Shown one piece after another: positions 51,010 to 64,000 of a DNA stretch of 64,000 bases. Below the pieces are notes generated by a model. It saw nothing but the letters and a program-made list of their open reading frames with translations. It was not told the origin of the DNA and made no database searches. The translations under genes were made by a program, and so were the position numbers. The stretch covers positions 83,454,001 to 83,518,000 of the forward strand of contig NC_058368.1 in the NCBI RefSeq assembly GCF_018350175.1, read 5' to 3'. The first letter of the stretch is position 1, and each line of letters starts with the position of its first letter. Origin of the DNA: Felis catus (Eukaryota).

Positions 51010-51059
51010 TGTGATGTCTGTATGTTTTATGCTTGTAATGATGTCTCTGGTACTTTGTC

Positions 51060-51951
51060 TCACAGGGTCCCCCTTAGGATCTCTTGTAGGGCTGGTTTAG
51101 TGGTGACAAATTCCTTCAGTTTTTGTTTGTTTGGGAAGACCTGTATCTCTCCTTCTATTCTAAATGACAGACTTGCTGGATAAAGGATTCTTGGCTGCAT
51201 ATTTTCTTCTGTTTAGCACACTGAAGATCTCGTGCCAATTCTTTCTGGCCTGCCAAGTTTCAAAAGAGAGATCAGTCACGAGTCTTATAGGTCTCCCTTT
51301 ATATGTGAGGGCATGTTTATCTCTTGCTGCTTTCAGAATTTTCTCTTTATCCTTGTATTTTGCCAGTTTCCCTATGATATGTCGTGCAGAAGATCGATTC
51401 AAGTTACGTCTGAAGGGAGTTCTCTGTGCCTCTTGGATTTCAATGCCTTTTTCCTTCCCCAGTTCACGGAAGTTCTCAGCTATAATTTCTTCAAGTACCC
51501 TTTCAGCACTTTTCCCGCTCTCTTCCTCCTCTGGGATACCAATTATGTGTATATTATTTTTTAGTGTATCACTTAGTTCTCTAATTTTCCCCTCATACTC
51601 CTGGATTTTTTTATCTCTCTTTCTCTCACCTTCCTCTTTTTCCATAACTTTATCTTCTAGTTCACCTATTCTCTCCTCTGCCTGTTCAATCCGAGCTGTG
51701 GTGGTTTCCATTTTGTTTTGCATTTCGTTTAAAGCGCTTTTCAGCTGCTCGTGACTGTTCCTTAGTCCCTTGATCTCTGTAGCAAGAGATTCTCTGCTGT
51801 CCTCTATACTGTTTTCAAGCCCAGCGATTAATTTTATGACTATTATTCTAAATTAACTTTCTGTTATGTTATTTAAATCCTTTTTGTACAATTCATTAGC
51901 TGTTGTTATTTCCTGGAGATTCTTCTGAGGGGAATTCTTCCCTTTGGTCAT
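51060..51951 (-). pseudogene. L1 ORF1p, frameshifted
   Basis: ATG ACC AAA GGG AAG AAT at 51951; IIGIPE, EAQRTP and ILKAAR motifs; ends GTL*. Confidence 0.85.
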
Positions 51952-52907
51952 TTTGGATAGTCCCTGGAGTGGTGAGGACCTGCAGGGCACTTCCCCTGTG
52001 CTGTGGTGTATAACTGGAGTTGGTGGGCGGGGCCACAGTCAGTCCTGATGTCTGCCCCCAGCCCACCGCTGGGGCCACAGTCAGACTGGTGTGTGCCTTC
52101 TCTTCCCCTCTCCTAGGGGCAGGATTCACTATGGGGTGGCATGGCTTGTCTGGGCTACTTGCACACTGCCAGGCTTGTGGTGCTGGGGATCTGAAGTATT
52201 AGCTGGGGTGGGTAGGCAAGGTGCACGGCAGCAGGAGGGGCAGGCTTAGCTTGCTTCTCCTTAGGTGATCCACTCCAGGAGGGGCCCTGTGGCAGCGGGA
52301 GTCAGATCTGCTGCTTGAGGTTTGCCTCCGCAGAAGCACAAAGTTGGGTGTTTGCATGGAGCAAGCAAGTTCCCTGGCAGGAACTGGTTCCCTTTTGGAT
52401 TTTGGTTGGGGGATGGGCGAGGGAGATGGTGCTGGCGAGCGCCTTTGTTCCCCACCAAACTGAGCTCTGTCGTCTGGGGGCTCAGCAGCTCTCCCTCCCT
52501 TTGTCCTGCAGCCTTCCCGCTTTCCAAGCAGAGCTGTTAACTTATGACCTCCCAGACGCTAAGTCGCGCTTGTTGTCGGAACACACTCCGTCCCTCCGGC
52601 CCCTCTGCTTTTGCAAGCCAGACTCGAGGGCTCTGCTTGGCCAGCAAGCCGCCCCTCCACCCCGGCTCCCTCCAGCCAGTCCGTGGAGGGCGCACCGCCT
52701 TGCCGCCCTTCCTACCCTCTTCTGTGGGCCTCTCGTCTGCGCTTGGCTCTGGAGACTCCATTCTGCTAATCCTCTGGTGGTTTTCTGGGTTATTTAGGCA
52801 GGTGTAGGTAGAATCTAAGTGATCAGCAGGATGCGCGGTGAGCCCAGCGTCCTCCTAAGCCACCATCTTCTTCCCTCCTGTTTGAATAAATTATATTAAA
52901 ATTATAC

Positions 52908-53028
52908 AGGGTCACCTGGGTGATTCAGTTGGTTAAGCATCCAACTCTTGATTTTGGCTCAGGTACCTCATGGTAGGGAGACGGGGCTCTGTGTCTGGCT
53001 CTGCACTGAGCATGGAGCCTGCTTAAGA

Positions 53029-53063
<35 letters not shown>

Positions 53064-53140
53064 CTCCTGCCACTTCCCTGCTTACATGCTCTCTCTCTCT
53101 CCTGAAAAAAAAAATTAAATAAAGAAAGAAACAAATAAAT
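52908..53140 (+). mobile_element. Can-SINE
   Basis: SINE head, (CT)n and A tail. Confidence 0.88.
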
Positions 53141-56100
53141 AAATATATGCATTTGACACAGAGTTTAAGTGTTTTTCATAATTGTTTAATGATTAGTTGG
53201 AATTCAAATTCAGTATGAAATAAAGGACACATGATAAAGAGAAAATAGAAGAGAAGAAAGTATTAAAAGAAGCAAAGAGGGAGGGGGAAAGGGGAACCAA
53301 AGGCAAATAAATAGGAGATAAAATAAAACAGAAGTCATACATTTTCTAAAAGTTACTACTAAAAATGAAATTAATTGTATTTCTCTAAAGAGATAAATTT
53401 AAAAAAAGTGGTCTTGTCTGGGGAGGTGAGCAACTTAACTACTGCTACTAAAATAATAATAGTAATAATAATAATAACAATAATAATAAATATCATGTTA
53501 GAATGCATTTCAAGACTACATCTGGTGATGGGCACATTACTCACATGATTTCTAATCCTTACAAATTTATTAGATTTAAGTTTCATAACCTCTAAATTAC
53601 AGATGAAAACACATACACACTTTCAGCCACTTAGAATACTATTTAAAAACTATTATTGAAGAATATTTTCTATGTCTCTAATAAATATAAAGTATTCTCA
53701 ATTAGATGTGCAGTGGATTTTAATAGAATCTACCCTTCGCTGTGATGTGAAGGGCCACAAATGGGTTACAACCAGATATTGACCTTCTCAGTCCTGGATT
53801 GGTCTACACTTCCTGAACTGACTACAGCCAGCAGGAAGTTGATCTTTTGTCAACAGCCACCTCAGTTTACCCCAGTTTGCCATATGACTACAATTTATTT
53901 TGATATCCATGTCATGAAAATAATTGAGATGTTCTGATATAACAATTAATTCAAACTTCTATTATCTAACATGCTAAGGAAAGTAGCACAGCCTGTGAAC
54001 ATCACAACTTTTCATTTAGTGTTGAATTTAGGTATCTTTTAAAAATACAAGAGTTCAAATTATTTACATATGATAGATACATTGTGCTTCACAGTCTGGC
54101 TTTTCATGTTCTTCCTTCATCTTTGTTTTTTTTTTTTTTAGCTTTCCTCCTCCTATTCTTCCACTCTTTCAGGCCTTTCCAGTAATATGCCTTGCATACA
54201 GGTGTAAATAAGCATGTCCCTATATTCAAAACAGCAATTCTCAAAGTCTGGATGTTTACATTCCCAGTGTTTGGTTTGAGTTCAAATAATTCTGTCCACC
54301 CACACCATTACAAAATGCTACTTGGCATTTATAGTGAATTATATTTGATTAAGACTCTGTTATTTATTATGATAATATCTACATCTATATGTTTTTAGAA
54401 TGTTCTTTCTAAATTTCCAAAGATTTTAACTCTGCCCTTGTCCCAGAAAGACACACATATCAATGTTTTCTAAACGGGGATTCAGACAAGAAAGAATCAA
54501 GCATGAAGACACTCAGATAACTGGAATAAGGAAAATTTCACAGCTGGTAAAATATTGGATCTTAACAATGACTCAGAATTTATATAATTCAACCGTTTAC
54601 CCTTTGAGGGATGATTAAATTAAAGGGCTCAGAAGAAATGCTAAAAATTCCTGGACTTGGGATGAGGATATTAGGGCTGCAGCTAAAGTTCTGACATTTC
54701 CTGTTTGGCATGGAATTCCATTCTCATAAGTTTTATTTTATTTTATTATTTTATTTTATTTTTTAATTTTTTCCCTATTTTGGCACAGTCATAACCAAGA
54801 TTGCTTCAAGTTCCAATGTTCCATGATACAGTATTTCAATATTTCCTTATTTTCTGTTTTAATTCTTGTCTTATTATGTTTACTTCATCTCTAGTAATCC
54901 TATAACTATTACCAAAGTGAACATAATGTATTTAATTCCTGAAAATAGCTAAGTGAAGACAATCATGTTCAGAGAATTTCTCCCAAAATTATTGAAGAAA
55001 CTCTGGGATATCTATAAACAAACACTAGGAATCACTAAAATCAAAGTCTACACTCTAAGGCAAAATGTGTTGACGTAAACACCAAAGTAGCAGTCATAAA
55101 GTGATGAAAGAACCTGACCAGAGCACTCATGAAGGATGTGACACCCAAGACAGAGGGAATGTACAGTCACAAGTTGAGAATCAGCTTTCTTCCCAGAGTA
55201 GGAATTTTTTTTTTCTACAGTTATCCGCCTTACTCTGGAACAATAGAATCTGTAATGTTGCTGGGTTTTCACCTATTTTAGACTAAAGATTATTTATATT
55301 TATACATCAGAACCAAAGAAGACTACTTAGCATACTATAAAAGTGGGTATAGATTTGCCTATGTTTTCTTTTATATAAACTTTCTGGCTACAACTAAGTG
55401 CATATAACCAAGACAAACACATCTGTGTTAAATAAGTTTCCATTACAAATTCCTCAACAGTAGCCATATCTCCTTTCTCCCTCATATCATTCCCAATACA
55501 CTTCAGAAGACCATTTAAAAAAAAAACATGGATTTTCCTTTTCTTTGGATATGCTGCTAATCTAGGCTAATTCAAACTTCATCCACCACTAGGGAAGTGC
55601 AGCATCACCTCAGATAGCAGTGAGTGCTGGAATATAGTCAAAATAGCAGAAAAAGTAGAAATGGACAAAGTGCAAGAGCACGGTGAGAAAAATAAAAGTG
55701 AAAAAATGTTAGGAGGTAAAGATTGTTAGGAATGGAAGATGGATATAAATCAGGGAAGAGAAAAAGAAGAGGTATAAGAAAGAGGGAGGGGAAAAACGCT
55801 TAAATTGGGGAAAGGCAGAGCCCACTAATGGCAAAAATGCCATGAGTTTGCTAACACTACTCTAGAAAGGAGAGAATGGGCTGATATTGAAAAGAACTAT
55901 ATTATAGAAAATTTGACGTTTATTTCATTCTTTCAATTTATATTATTTAAGTGCCAATTATATGTTAAAACTAAACAGAAAAATAAAAGCAAACATACAT
56001 GACAAATATGCCTAGAAGCATGAGACCCTTTTTGATTCACTGGGTTGAGAAAGTAAGGAGTCAAGCACTATATAGGTGGTTGAGCAGTTTCCTTCCAACA

Positions 56101-57731
56101 AAAAAATCTTCATGTTGAGGAGTTTTTGCTTATGTTCTTTAATTTCTGAAGTTAGGTGAAAATCAATGTTAAGGGTCATTATACCACCCAGCCCCTCATG
56201 ATACTATAGAGACATTCTATCAGAAGGATGTGTAATGGCCAGGTAGACTAACAGCCTTAAACATTTTCTGTTTGTTTTATTAGAGGTCTTATGTTAGAGT
56301 TAGAAGGCATTGGTGACCTCTGTAATGTCATTTCTGCAAGAAAGAATTACTTTAAGTGCAATGTCAACAGAAAAGACTAGAATAGAAGTGAATGAGGGAA
56401 GCAGATTTCACTGCCTGTGCCTTATAGTGATGAGTTAATTTTAATAATACCGCATGGTATACAGCACCTTTCAAAGCTAAAGTTGCTTTGCACCGGTAAT
56501 CTCATATCCTTTTAAAATTATCTTTCTGAGGTAAGAAGTAGGTTAGACTATCCTAATTTAATAATTTAGGAACAGGAGTTCAAGAAATTACTTTCTTCAA
56601 TTTTAACATAGTAAACTTATTTATAATTAGAATTTTACAAGTGTTACAATGGCAAGATTTTTTTATATAATGATAATGTAATTTTCCTAATCTATTTCTT
56701 TAATACAAGAATCCACCTTTAAGGCATATCCACTATTACCAAACCAAAGAATGTCCAAAACTGACTAATCCTGGTCAAAGTCACTGTCTCCATGGCAGAG
56801 GTGTTAGAAAACAAAGTTCAAAGAGAATGAAAGATTGGGTTGAAGAATCCTGTGATATCAAAATAGAGTGGTGAAATCTAAAAGGTAACTCCAACTTCTG
56901 GTTCCAACTTGAATGTTATTGAGGAAAAAATAGGACAGATGCCTACATTTAGGGATAAGAAACAATATCATCACCATTTGTTTTATGTGGGAATGCAAGA
57001 TAGAACAATAAGGTGTCTTTGAAAGCTCTATAATGATATATTTCTCTTTTTCTTTTTCAGAATGTAAAAGCATTGGATTTTTGGAAGCATATATCAACTG
57101 CCTGTTGATTTGTCTATACACATTTAAACCACTCCAATAGTAGGAGAATTTTAAAATGAGATTTTCTATAACCACATGTTTTTCTTTGTGTTGCAAAATA
57201 TTTTATCCATGAATAATGAAATATAAGATAAGTAAACTAAGATATGAAAGCAGGAAGTTGGAAAGACAGAGGATTTAAAATAGAATAAGTTTTGTCAAGC
57301 ATGAAAAAGAGAAGAGATAAAAATAACTTTCTCTACCTCAGAAGAATACTGGTTAACATACAATTATTAAAATAATTAAATATATTAAGCTATATTAAAA
57401 TATTATAAAAAATACAAAAAGTATCAATAATTGGATAATAAGTATATTCATTTCCAAAAGAAGAAATCAACCTTTAACTCTCAAAAGAATCCTGTTCTTT
57501 TGCATAATAATTGTTAAAAATAAAATATGTTAGGCCATCAGACAAGTTAAGTACAGTGAAAAAGATGCATTTCAAAGTGCCCTGGTTGTTCCTTTTAAAT
57601 GGTATCATTAAGAATTTGGGATAAGGAAGGATAGAAAACGTAGGAGCCATCCATGTTTAACAATGCATCAACACCAAACTTTCTAAACATTGAATTCATT
57701 GTTCTGGAATGATTTTAGTAAAACCTTTATG

Positions 57732-57942
57732 TTTTTTTAAGTATTTATTTATTTATTTATTCATTCATTCATTCATTTATTTAGAGCATGAGCAGAGAGG
57801 GGCAGAGGGAGAGAGAGAATCTCAAACAGGCTCTGCACTGTCAGTACAGAGCCTGACACGGGGCTTAATCTCATGAACCCATGAGATCATGATCTGAGCT
57901 GAAACCAAGAGTTGGACATTTGACTGAGATACCCTGGTGCCC
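57732..57942 (-). mobile_element. Can-SINE
   Basis: SINE body; TSD-like ttttagtaaaac. Confidence 0.88.
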
Positions 57943-58599
57943 ATTTTTAGTAAAACTTTAAGGCAAAAAAAACCGTTTCTGGCCTCTTACAAAAATTGAC
58001 GTGTACTGTTGTGTCTACAGACCATTTTGATGAGATTTAGTTGAGAAAATTAGTTACATGGAGTCAAACCATTTTTTTTTAACAAATAATGATGCCAATA
58101 TTGGCTTGATTGAATTAAAGATAGAATACAAAAAAATCACTTGTAGAGATTGAAATAACATTTGAAATACAATCAAAATATTTGGCAAGTTGATTTCTTT
58201 GAAGTAGTCAATTTGTAAAGTTTCTAAGAGACTGTGGTAAGAAGTCAGAGGAATAGCTGAAGATGAGCATTTCTTTTGCCATGACTGACCATTGCAAGAA
58301 ATGGACAACTGCATGGTTTCCAGTGGCATGCATACTTTATGGAAAACAAACAGGTGACTCCTACTTTATTGCCACACATCCAAAACCATCCATGTTCAGA
58401 AACCTATACTTTTAAAAAAAAAGCCAAGTTCTCAAAATCCCAGAGTCAACTTTTTAAATCCTAAGAATAACCCACCATTGCTTGCTGGCACGTGAATGTC
58501 TTTGTTAAGTTTGCAGGCAGAGAATATGTAAATCCTAAGATAATGATAAAGTTTTGTACATATATTTTTTTCAAATATCTAGAAGCAAATGCAATTTCT

Positions 58600-59553
58600 T
58601 TAGAACGTGGATACACTTCCTGATGACAAACACTTGCCCAGAGCTTTCTGTAGAGCCCCTGTAACATCCTTGTTCCTGAGGCTATAGATGAGTGGGTTGA
58701 GCAAGGGAGTGAGGATAGTGTAGAAGGCAGACACAGCCTTGTCCTTGTCAGGGGTATGGTAAGAGTGAGGCAGCACATAGGTGTACATGGCAGCCCCATA
58801 GAAAAGGCTGACAACCACCATGTGTGAGGAGCAAGTGGCCACTGCCTTTCGTCTCCCCTCTGCTTCACTCATTCTATAAACAGTGATGAGAATCCTTGTA
58901 TAAGAGGCTGAGATGACAGAGAAAGGGATGAGGAGCATCATGATGCAGCAGACATACATGGCTGTCTCGTAAGTTGATGTGTCAGTACAGGAGAGCTTCA
59001 GAAGGGCAGGAACCTCACAGAAGAAGTGGTTGATTTCTCGAGAGGCACAGAACGGGAACTGCATGGTGACTGGGGTAAGCAGGAAGCCATCTATGGACCC
59101 TCCCAGCCAGGCTGCCAGTACAATCAACATGCAGACCTTTCGGCTCATGAGGACAGGATAGCGCAAAGGGTTACAGATGGCTACATAGGGGTCATAAGAC
59201 ATGAGTCCTAGGAGAAAAAACTCAGCCCCTGCCAATGTCAGGTAAAGGAAGTGCTGGGCAGTGCATCCTGCAAAGGATATGGCCCTCTGGCCCAAGATCT
59301 GGTCAACCAGCATTTTTGGCACAATGGTGGAAATGTACAAGATGTCCATGAGGGAGAGTTGACTGAGCAAGTAGTACATGGGGGTGTGGAGGCGGGAGTC
59401 TATGTGGATCAGAATGATCATGATGGTGTTGCTGGCTATGGAGATGACAAAAATGAAGAGGATGAGGGCAAAGAGAAGCCAGGGAAAATCATTGTCACTG
59501 AACAAGCCCAGGAGAAGAAAGTCGCCATACATGGAATAATTGCCCCACTCCAT
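58600..59553 (-). CDS. OR2T27: Olfactory receptor, OR2T27-like, open 317 aa but with DRY changed to DPY
   Basis: [30 protein letters not shown] and [12 protein letters not shown]; recognised as close to human OR2T27 (orthology not tested). Confidence 0.92.
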   Translation of the reverse strand: MEWGNYSMYGDFLLLGLFSDNDFPWLLFALILFIFVISIASNTIMIILIHIDSRLHTPMYYLLSQLSLMDILYISTIVPKMLVDQILGQRAISFAGCTAQHFLYLTLAGAEFFLLGLMSYDPYVAICNPLRYPVLMSRKVCMLIVLAAWLGGSIDGFLLTPVTMQFPFCASREINHFFCEVPALLKLSCTDTSTYETAMYVCCIMMLLIPFSVISASYTRILITVYRMSEAEGRRKAVATCSSHMVVVSLFYGAAMYTYVLPHSYHTPDKDKAVSAFYTILTPLLNPLIYSLRNKDVTGALQKALGKCLSSGSVSTF

Positions 59554-59569
59554 AGTTCTGTAGGTTACA

Positions 59570-59590
59570 CTAAAAAGACATGAATATGAT
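59570..59590 (-). promoter_or_regulatory. Probable splice acceptor of the OR2T27-like coding exon
   Basis: Minus strand ttcatgtctttttAG, 16 nt upstream of the ATG; OR genes typically have 5' non-coding exons. Confidence 0.5.
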
Positions 59591-60224
59591 AGGTAAAGTT
59601 GGGCACAAAAGATAAATATTTAGTTTGTTTAAAATATTATAATGCAGTCATGGACAAAATCAAGACAAATCAATCAATCTCAGTGTGTAATTCTCTCCCT
59701 TTTCTAATAATTCCTGGGATTGATTCTGATATGTTTCTTTGAGAAATGTATTTTTAACTTTGGGCCCTAAGGATGATCCACCCTATGCATAAAGCTCAAA
59801 AATTCCAACTTCCTGGAAGAAGAACCTCAGAAGATTTATATATGCAGCACCATATAATCACTCACTCAAGGATGATATACTTGATTTGGTATTACTTTTA
59901 AAGTTAGACGTCATAGTGAGACAATTTTATGTCCTTTTACTTAAAAATACGTATTTATTTATTTATTCATTTACTTTGTGTTTATTTTTGCTCAAACATA
60001 ATTTTACATAAGGAAAGATACACATAAAAGAGAAATATTTGAACTTGTCTGATTGAATAGAGATAGGAGTGTTGGGTAAAGAAGGGACAAAATCCCCACT
60101 TTATATTTCTGTCTCTACATCAGGCTCTAGATCTTACAATCAAAATTTACTCTGAAAGCCATTCATCAAGAGAACATATTTTGCTTATGAAAGGATAACC
60201 ACGTTGACCTTTTACCTAATTTGC

Positions 60225-60560
60225 ACTATTTTTTATTATAATTTCAATATAGTGAACATACAGTGTTATATTACTTTCAGGTGTACAATATAATAATTCA
60301 ACAATTCTATATATCACTTGTTGATCATCACAAGTGCACTCCTGAATCCACATCACTTATTTCAGTCATTACTCCACCAACTTGCACTCTGGTGATCATC
60401 AAGATTCTTCTCCATAATTAAGAGTCTGTTACTTTATTTGACCCTCCCTCTACCTTTTTTTTTCCTTTTGAATCATTTGCTTTCTTAAATTCCACATATG
60501 AGTGAAACCATATGATATTTGTAATCCTCTGACTGACTTATTTCCCTTAGCATTATACTT
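60225..60560 (-). mobile_element. Old L1 3' UTR fragment
   Basis: aaattccacatatgagtgaaaccatatgatattt signature. Confidence 0.8.
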
Positions 60561-61049
60561 ATAAACACTAATTTATACTAGTCTTGACACATCTGTACAT
60601 TATAAATTTAGGATGTTAGCTGATATTTATTAGGTCTTGGATATTTACAAATAATGATTGTATGATGAATAAAAAAAAAACAAGACCTCTCAGTTCTGAG
60701 AAACAATCTAAGAATTATTAGAAAGAAGAAAATCAAGGGGAAATTGTTTAAGGTCAAGTGGTGATCATTTTACTTCTTTTAGTATAAAGCTACTGATTAA
60801 TATTCTATAACTCTTTAACATGATTAGTGAGATGAGAGCAATAACCACAGGGTGACTTTTTTAATAGAAAAAGTAATAAGAAAACTGTAAATCTTTTAAA
60901 TAATACTAGAGATCATTGTCTCCCAAAAAAGGGACTTTTCTGCTTAAACCTGAAGTTTAATTTTATATATATATTTCAGTTAAACAATAGTTCATCACAC
61001 TTATGAACAGGTAGGTTGTTGGGACAGTTTCTATCAGCAACATATAGAA

Positions 61050-61500
61050 TTTCCCTGTCCAATGTAGTAGTCACAAGCCGCATGAGGCTATTGAGGACCT
61101 TAAACATGGGTGTTCTGAATGGATATGTGCTGAAAGCACAAATTACATTAAGAATTTTAGACTTATGGGGCGCCTGGGTGGCTCAGTCGGTTAAGCGTCC
61201 GACTTCAGCTCAGGTCATGCTCTCACGGTCTGTGAGTTCAAGCCCCGCGTCTGGCTCTGGGCTGATGGCTCAGAGCCTGGAGGCTGCTTCCGATTCTGTG
61301 TCTCCCATTCTCTCTGCCCCTCCCCCGTTCATGCTCTGTCTCTGTCTCAAAAATAAATAAACGTTCAAAAAAATTAAAAAAAAGAATTTTAGACTTATAT
61401 GGGAAAAAAAGATATGCAAATATCTCATTAACATTTTTATATTGATTATGTGCAGAAAAGATAATATTTTAGATGTATTTACTTAAACAATGTAGAATAA
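61050..61500. mobile_element. MER3/MER33-like hAT fragment, interrupted by a SINE
   Basis: ctgtccaatgtagtagtcacaagccgcatgaggctattgag. Confidence 0.6.
61167..61384 (+). mobile_element. Young Can-SINE
   Basis: Near-consensus copy; TSD aagaattttagacttat. Confidence 0.95.
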
Positions 61501-61970
61501 TTTTTTTTAATTTTTAAAAATTTATTTATTTTTGAGAGACAGACAACAAGGGGTGGGAGAGGCAGAGAGAGAGGGAGGCACAGAATTTGAAGCAGCCTCC
61601 AGGCTCTGGGCTGTAAGCACAGAGCCTGACACGGGGCTCAAACCCACAAACCATGAGGTCATGACCATGACGTTAAATCGACTGAGCCACTCAAGTGCCT
61701 CTAACTTAGACTAAATTTATTTCACCCATTTCTTTTTACATTTTTGATGTGGCTAATAGAAGGTTTAAAATTACCAGAATGCCTGGTGACTCAGTTGGGT
61801 GAGCAGTGGACTTCGGTTCAGGTCATGATCTCAGGGTCCATGGGTTTGAACCCACCATGGTCTTGTGGCTGTCAGTATGGATCCTACTTCATATCTTCTG
61901 TCCCTGTCTCTCTCTTCCCTTCCCCTGCTCATGGTCTCCTCTCAAAAATAAATAAAACATTAAAAAAAGA
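61500..61970. mobile_element. Two Can-SINEs (minus about 61500-61700, plus about 61778-61970)
   Basis: SINE bodies in divergent orientation. Confidence 0.85.
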
Positions 61971-61991
61971 AAAATTAAAATTACCTCTGTG

Positions 61992-62113
61992 CTAGAGACT
62001 ATTACACTAAGTGAAATAAGTCAGTCAGAGAAAGATAAATACCATATATTTTCATTCACATGTGGAATTTAAGAAACAAAACAAATGAGCAGAGGAAAAA
62101 AAGAGAAAGAGAT

Positions 62114-62160
<47 letters not shown>

Positions 62161-62360
62161 CAAATAAATGAACAGACTCTTAATTATAGAAAAAAAATTT
62201 ATGGTTACTAGAGGGGAGGTGTGTGCAGTAGGGTATAATAGGTGATGGGGATTAAGGAGTGCACTTGTATTGAGCACAGGGTGATGTATGGAAGTGTTGA
62301 ATCACTGTATTCTACACCTGAAACTAATATTACACAGTATGTTAACTAACTTGAATTTAC
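61992..62360 (+). mobile_element. Old L1 3' UTR fragment with (GA)n, followed by an AT-rich tract to about 62520
   Basis: ctaagtgaaataagtcagtcagagaaagataaataccat. Confidence 0.8.
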
Positions 62361-63201
62361 ATTATATATATATTTTATATAAAAAATGTATATTTATATA
62401 AATATATATAATTTACATAAAATATATATATTATATAATATATATATTTATATAAATAAATATATAAAATATATAAAGCATATTATATGCTTTATATATT
62501 TTACTGCTTTATATATTTTACTGATGAAAAATAATTAGACTTGAGGTTAAGAGACATTATCAGGAACACAAGACTCTAGTTAACCAGTAGCAGAATAATT
62601 GCTCTTTGATGTTTTTCAATAAGCTTATTAGAGATCAATTTATTCATTCCAAAAATATTTCCTGAGTCACACTGTGTGAGCCAAAGTTTTAATTTCTGAA
62701 AAGACCTAAAAGAATGTATAGGACATGGCCCCTGCCTTCAAGGACACTAGAAGTGAAGCAATATATATGACTATAGGTGCATTTTAAGAATGATTTTGAT
62801 TAAAACCTTTAGGGTTTTGTCTTCTCCTGGCCTGGTGTATAACTGAAAGCATGAAAAGAGAAGGACATAGTGAGAAGAGGACAATGGAACCCGAAGTCAA
62901 GTGGCTGGTTCATGAGAACTTCATATCGGGCCCCTCTGTATATTTCACCAGAACTAAGTCACAACAGATAGATCTGTAACTATGAAAAGTAAATTCTCAG
63001 CCAGTTATTTATTAATGAGATCCACATTATGTCCTTACAGATTTTTTGCTTTCTCATTCTTGAAATATTGTTAGCTTTACATCAAGACTTTCACCAGCTG
63101 TTTCCTAATGTGGGTCCTTGTTCTGTTTCTGTCTTTCTTTTTCCTCCACTGTGTTAAAACACTGGGGAAATTAAAAGCAAACACTTAGAGGAAATCCACA
63201 A

Positions 63202-63245
<44 letters not shown>

Positions 63246-64000
63246 CTCACTCAGCCCTGCTCATCAGAAGTTCAATAAGAACAAGCTCCTTAGAGGGCTC
63301 TGCTCATTATTTCACTATAAATTCAGAGGTTAGTAGATGGCTAATATAGACCAAACATAGTGACTAGTGTTGGTCCAAGGGGAACATTAGAGGCCATGAG
63401 AGACCAATGGGCCCCAAAATCTCCCCTTCAGGGCACAGGTGTCCCCAGCCCTGACCATGAATATTCCTGGTGCTGAAACTCACTAATGAGGCCCTAGAGA
63501 ACTCTCCAGCATTCTGCACAAAGGGAAAAGATTTTAGCAAATCCGTAACTCTCCAGATCTTAAAAGCACCTCCCTCTCATTCTGTCAGTGCTGACTCGTG
63601 ACCTGAATTAAAAAAAAAAAATTATAAAGCAGTAAAACAACATTAACGAGTATTGGGAAAATAAGAAAATGAAAAGAAGTCAACTGGAACCCTCCATGTC
63701 CCCAAATAATGATTATTTATATGTCTATGCATATTTTTATACTTAGATAACATTCAATTTTGTTATATATGTAATAATGTTAAATGCTATTAAGTATCCC
63801 TTTTCTATGTAAATGTATAGTCTTTATACAGAATCTCATTATAGTTGAATGATGTAACATGCATTTACTTATTCCTCAATTGGTTGACATTTATATTGCT
63901 TCTAAGTTTGCTTACAATGTATACTCCTGTGGCATAATTTCATGGGATAGACCATGGGAGATGGCTTATAAGATGGTTTTTGAAGTCCATCACCACTAGG

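Larger units (their letters stand above)
46951..52878 (-). mobile_element. Full-length young L1 with GC-rich 5' UTR, ORF1 and ORF2 (both frameshifted)
   Basis: TSD tgtttgaataa at 46940-46950 and 52879-52889; 5' end GGAGGGAAGAAGATGG; EN, RT and C-terminal motifs split over several ORFs. Confidence 0.95.

Noticed and set aside
50119..51063. 314-aa ORF as a domesticated endonuclease gene
   Set aside because: It is simply the EN domain of frameshifted L1 ORF2.
51896..52807. ORFs in the L1 5' UTR (ORF0-like)
   Set aside because: GC-rich sequence gives spurious ORFs on both strands, many with non-ATG starts; no supporting evidence.
58461..59583. Overlapping and antisense ORFs on the OR gene
   Set aside because: Shadow frames of a real CDS.
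6356..61970. tRNA genes and short SINE-derived ORFs
   Set aside because: The tRNA-like A/B boxes belong to Can-SINE heads; no standalone cloverleaf was seen.

Overview
Mammalian (carnivore, most likely felid, judged from SINEC_Fc-like Can-SINEs and carnivore L1) genomic DNA from an AT-rich, repeat-dense OR2T olfactory receptor cluster. Two single-exon OR coding regions lie on the minus strand: OR2T2/OR2T35-like at 41276-42250 and OR2T27-like at 58600-59553, the latter with DRY changed to DPY. Most of the rest is nested L1 (one full-length, disrupted copy at about 46951-52878), about 27 Can-SINEs, solo LTRs, an old ERV1 remnant and DNA-transposon fragments. The standout element is at 188-3985 (minus). 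It is a gammaretroviral (ERV1) sequence that is not a provirus. It starts at the R region, has no U3 and no 3' LTR, ends in a poly(A) tail inside env, and sits in a TT/AAAA L1-endonuclease site with a 15-bp TSD. This indicates an L1-made processed retrocopy of an ERV RNA. That RNA appears to have been spliced twice (packaging leader removed; MA joined in frame to CA), leaving an open 318-aa mini-Gag. Its RT is replaced by a ~147-bp CpG-rich non-viral-looking segment. Repeat boundaries were read by eye and are approximate unless a TSD is given. No database searches were run; family and gene names come from recognition of motifs.
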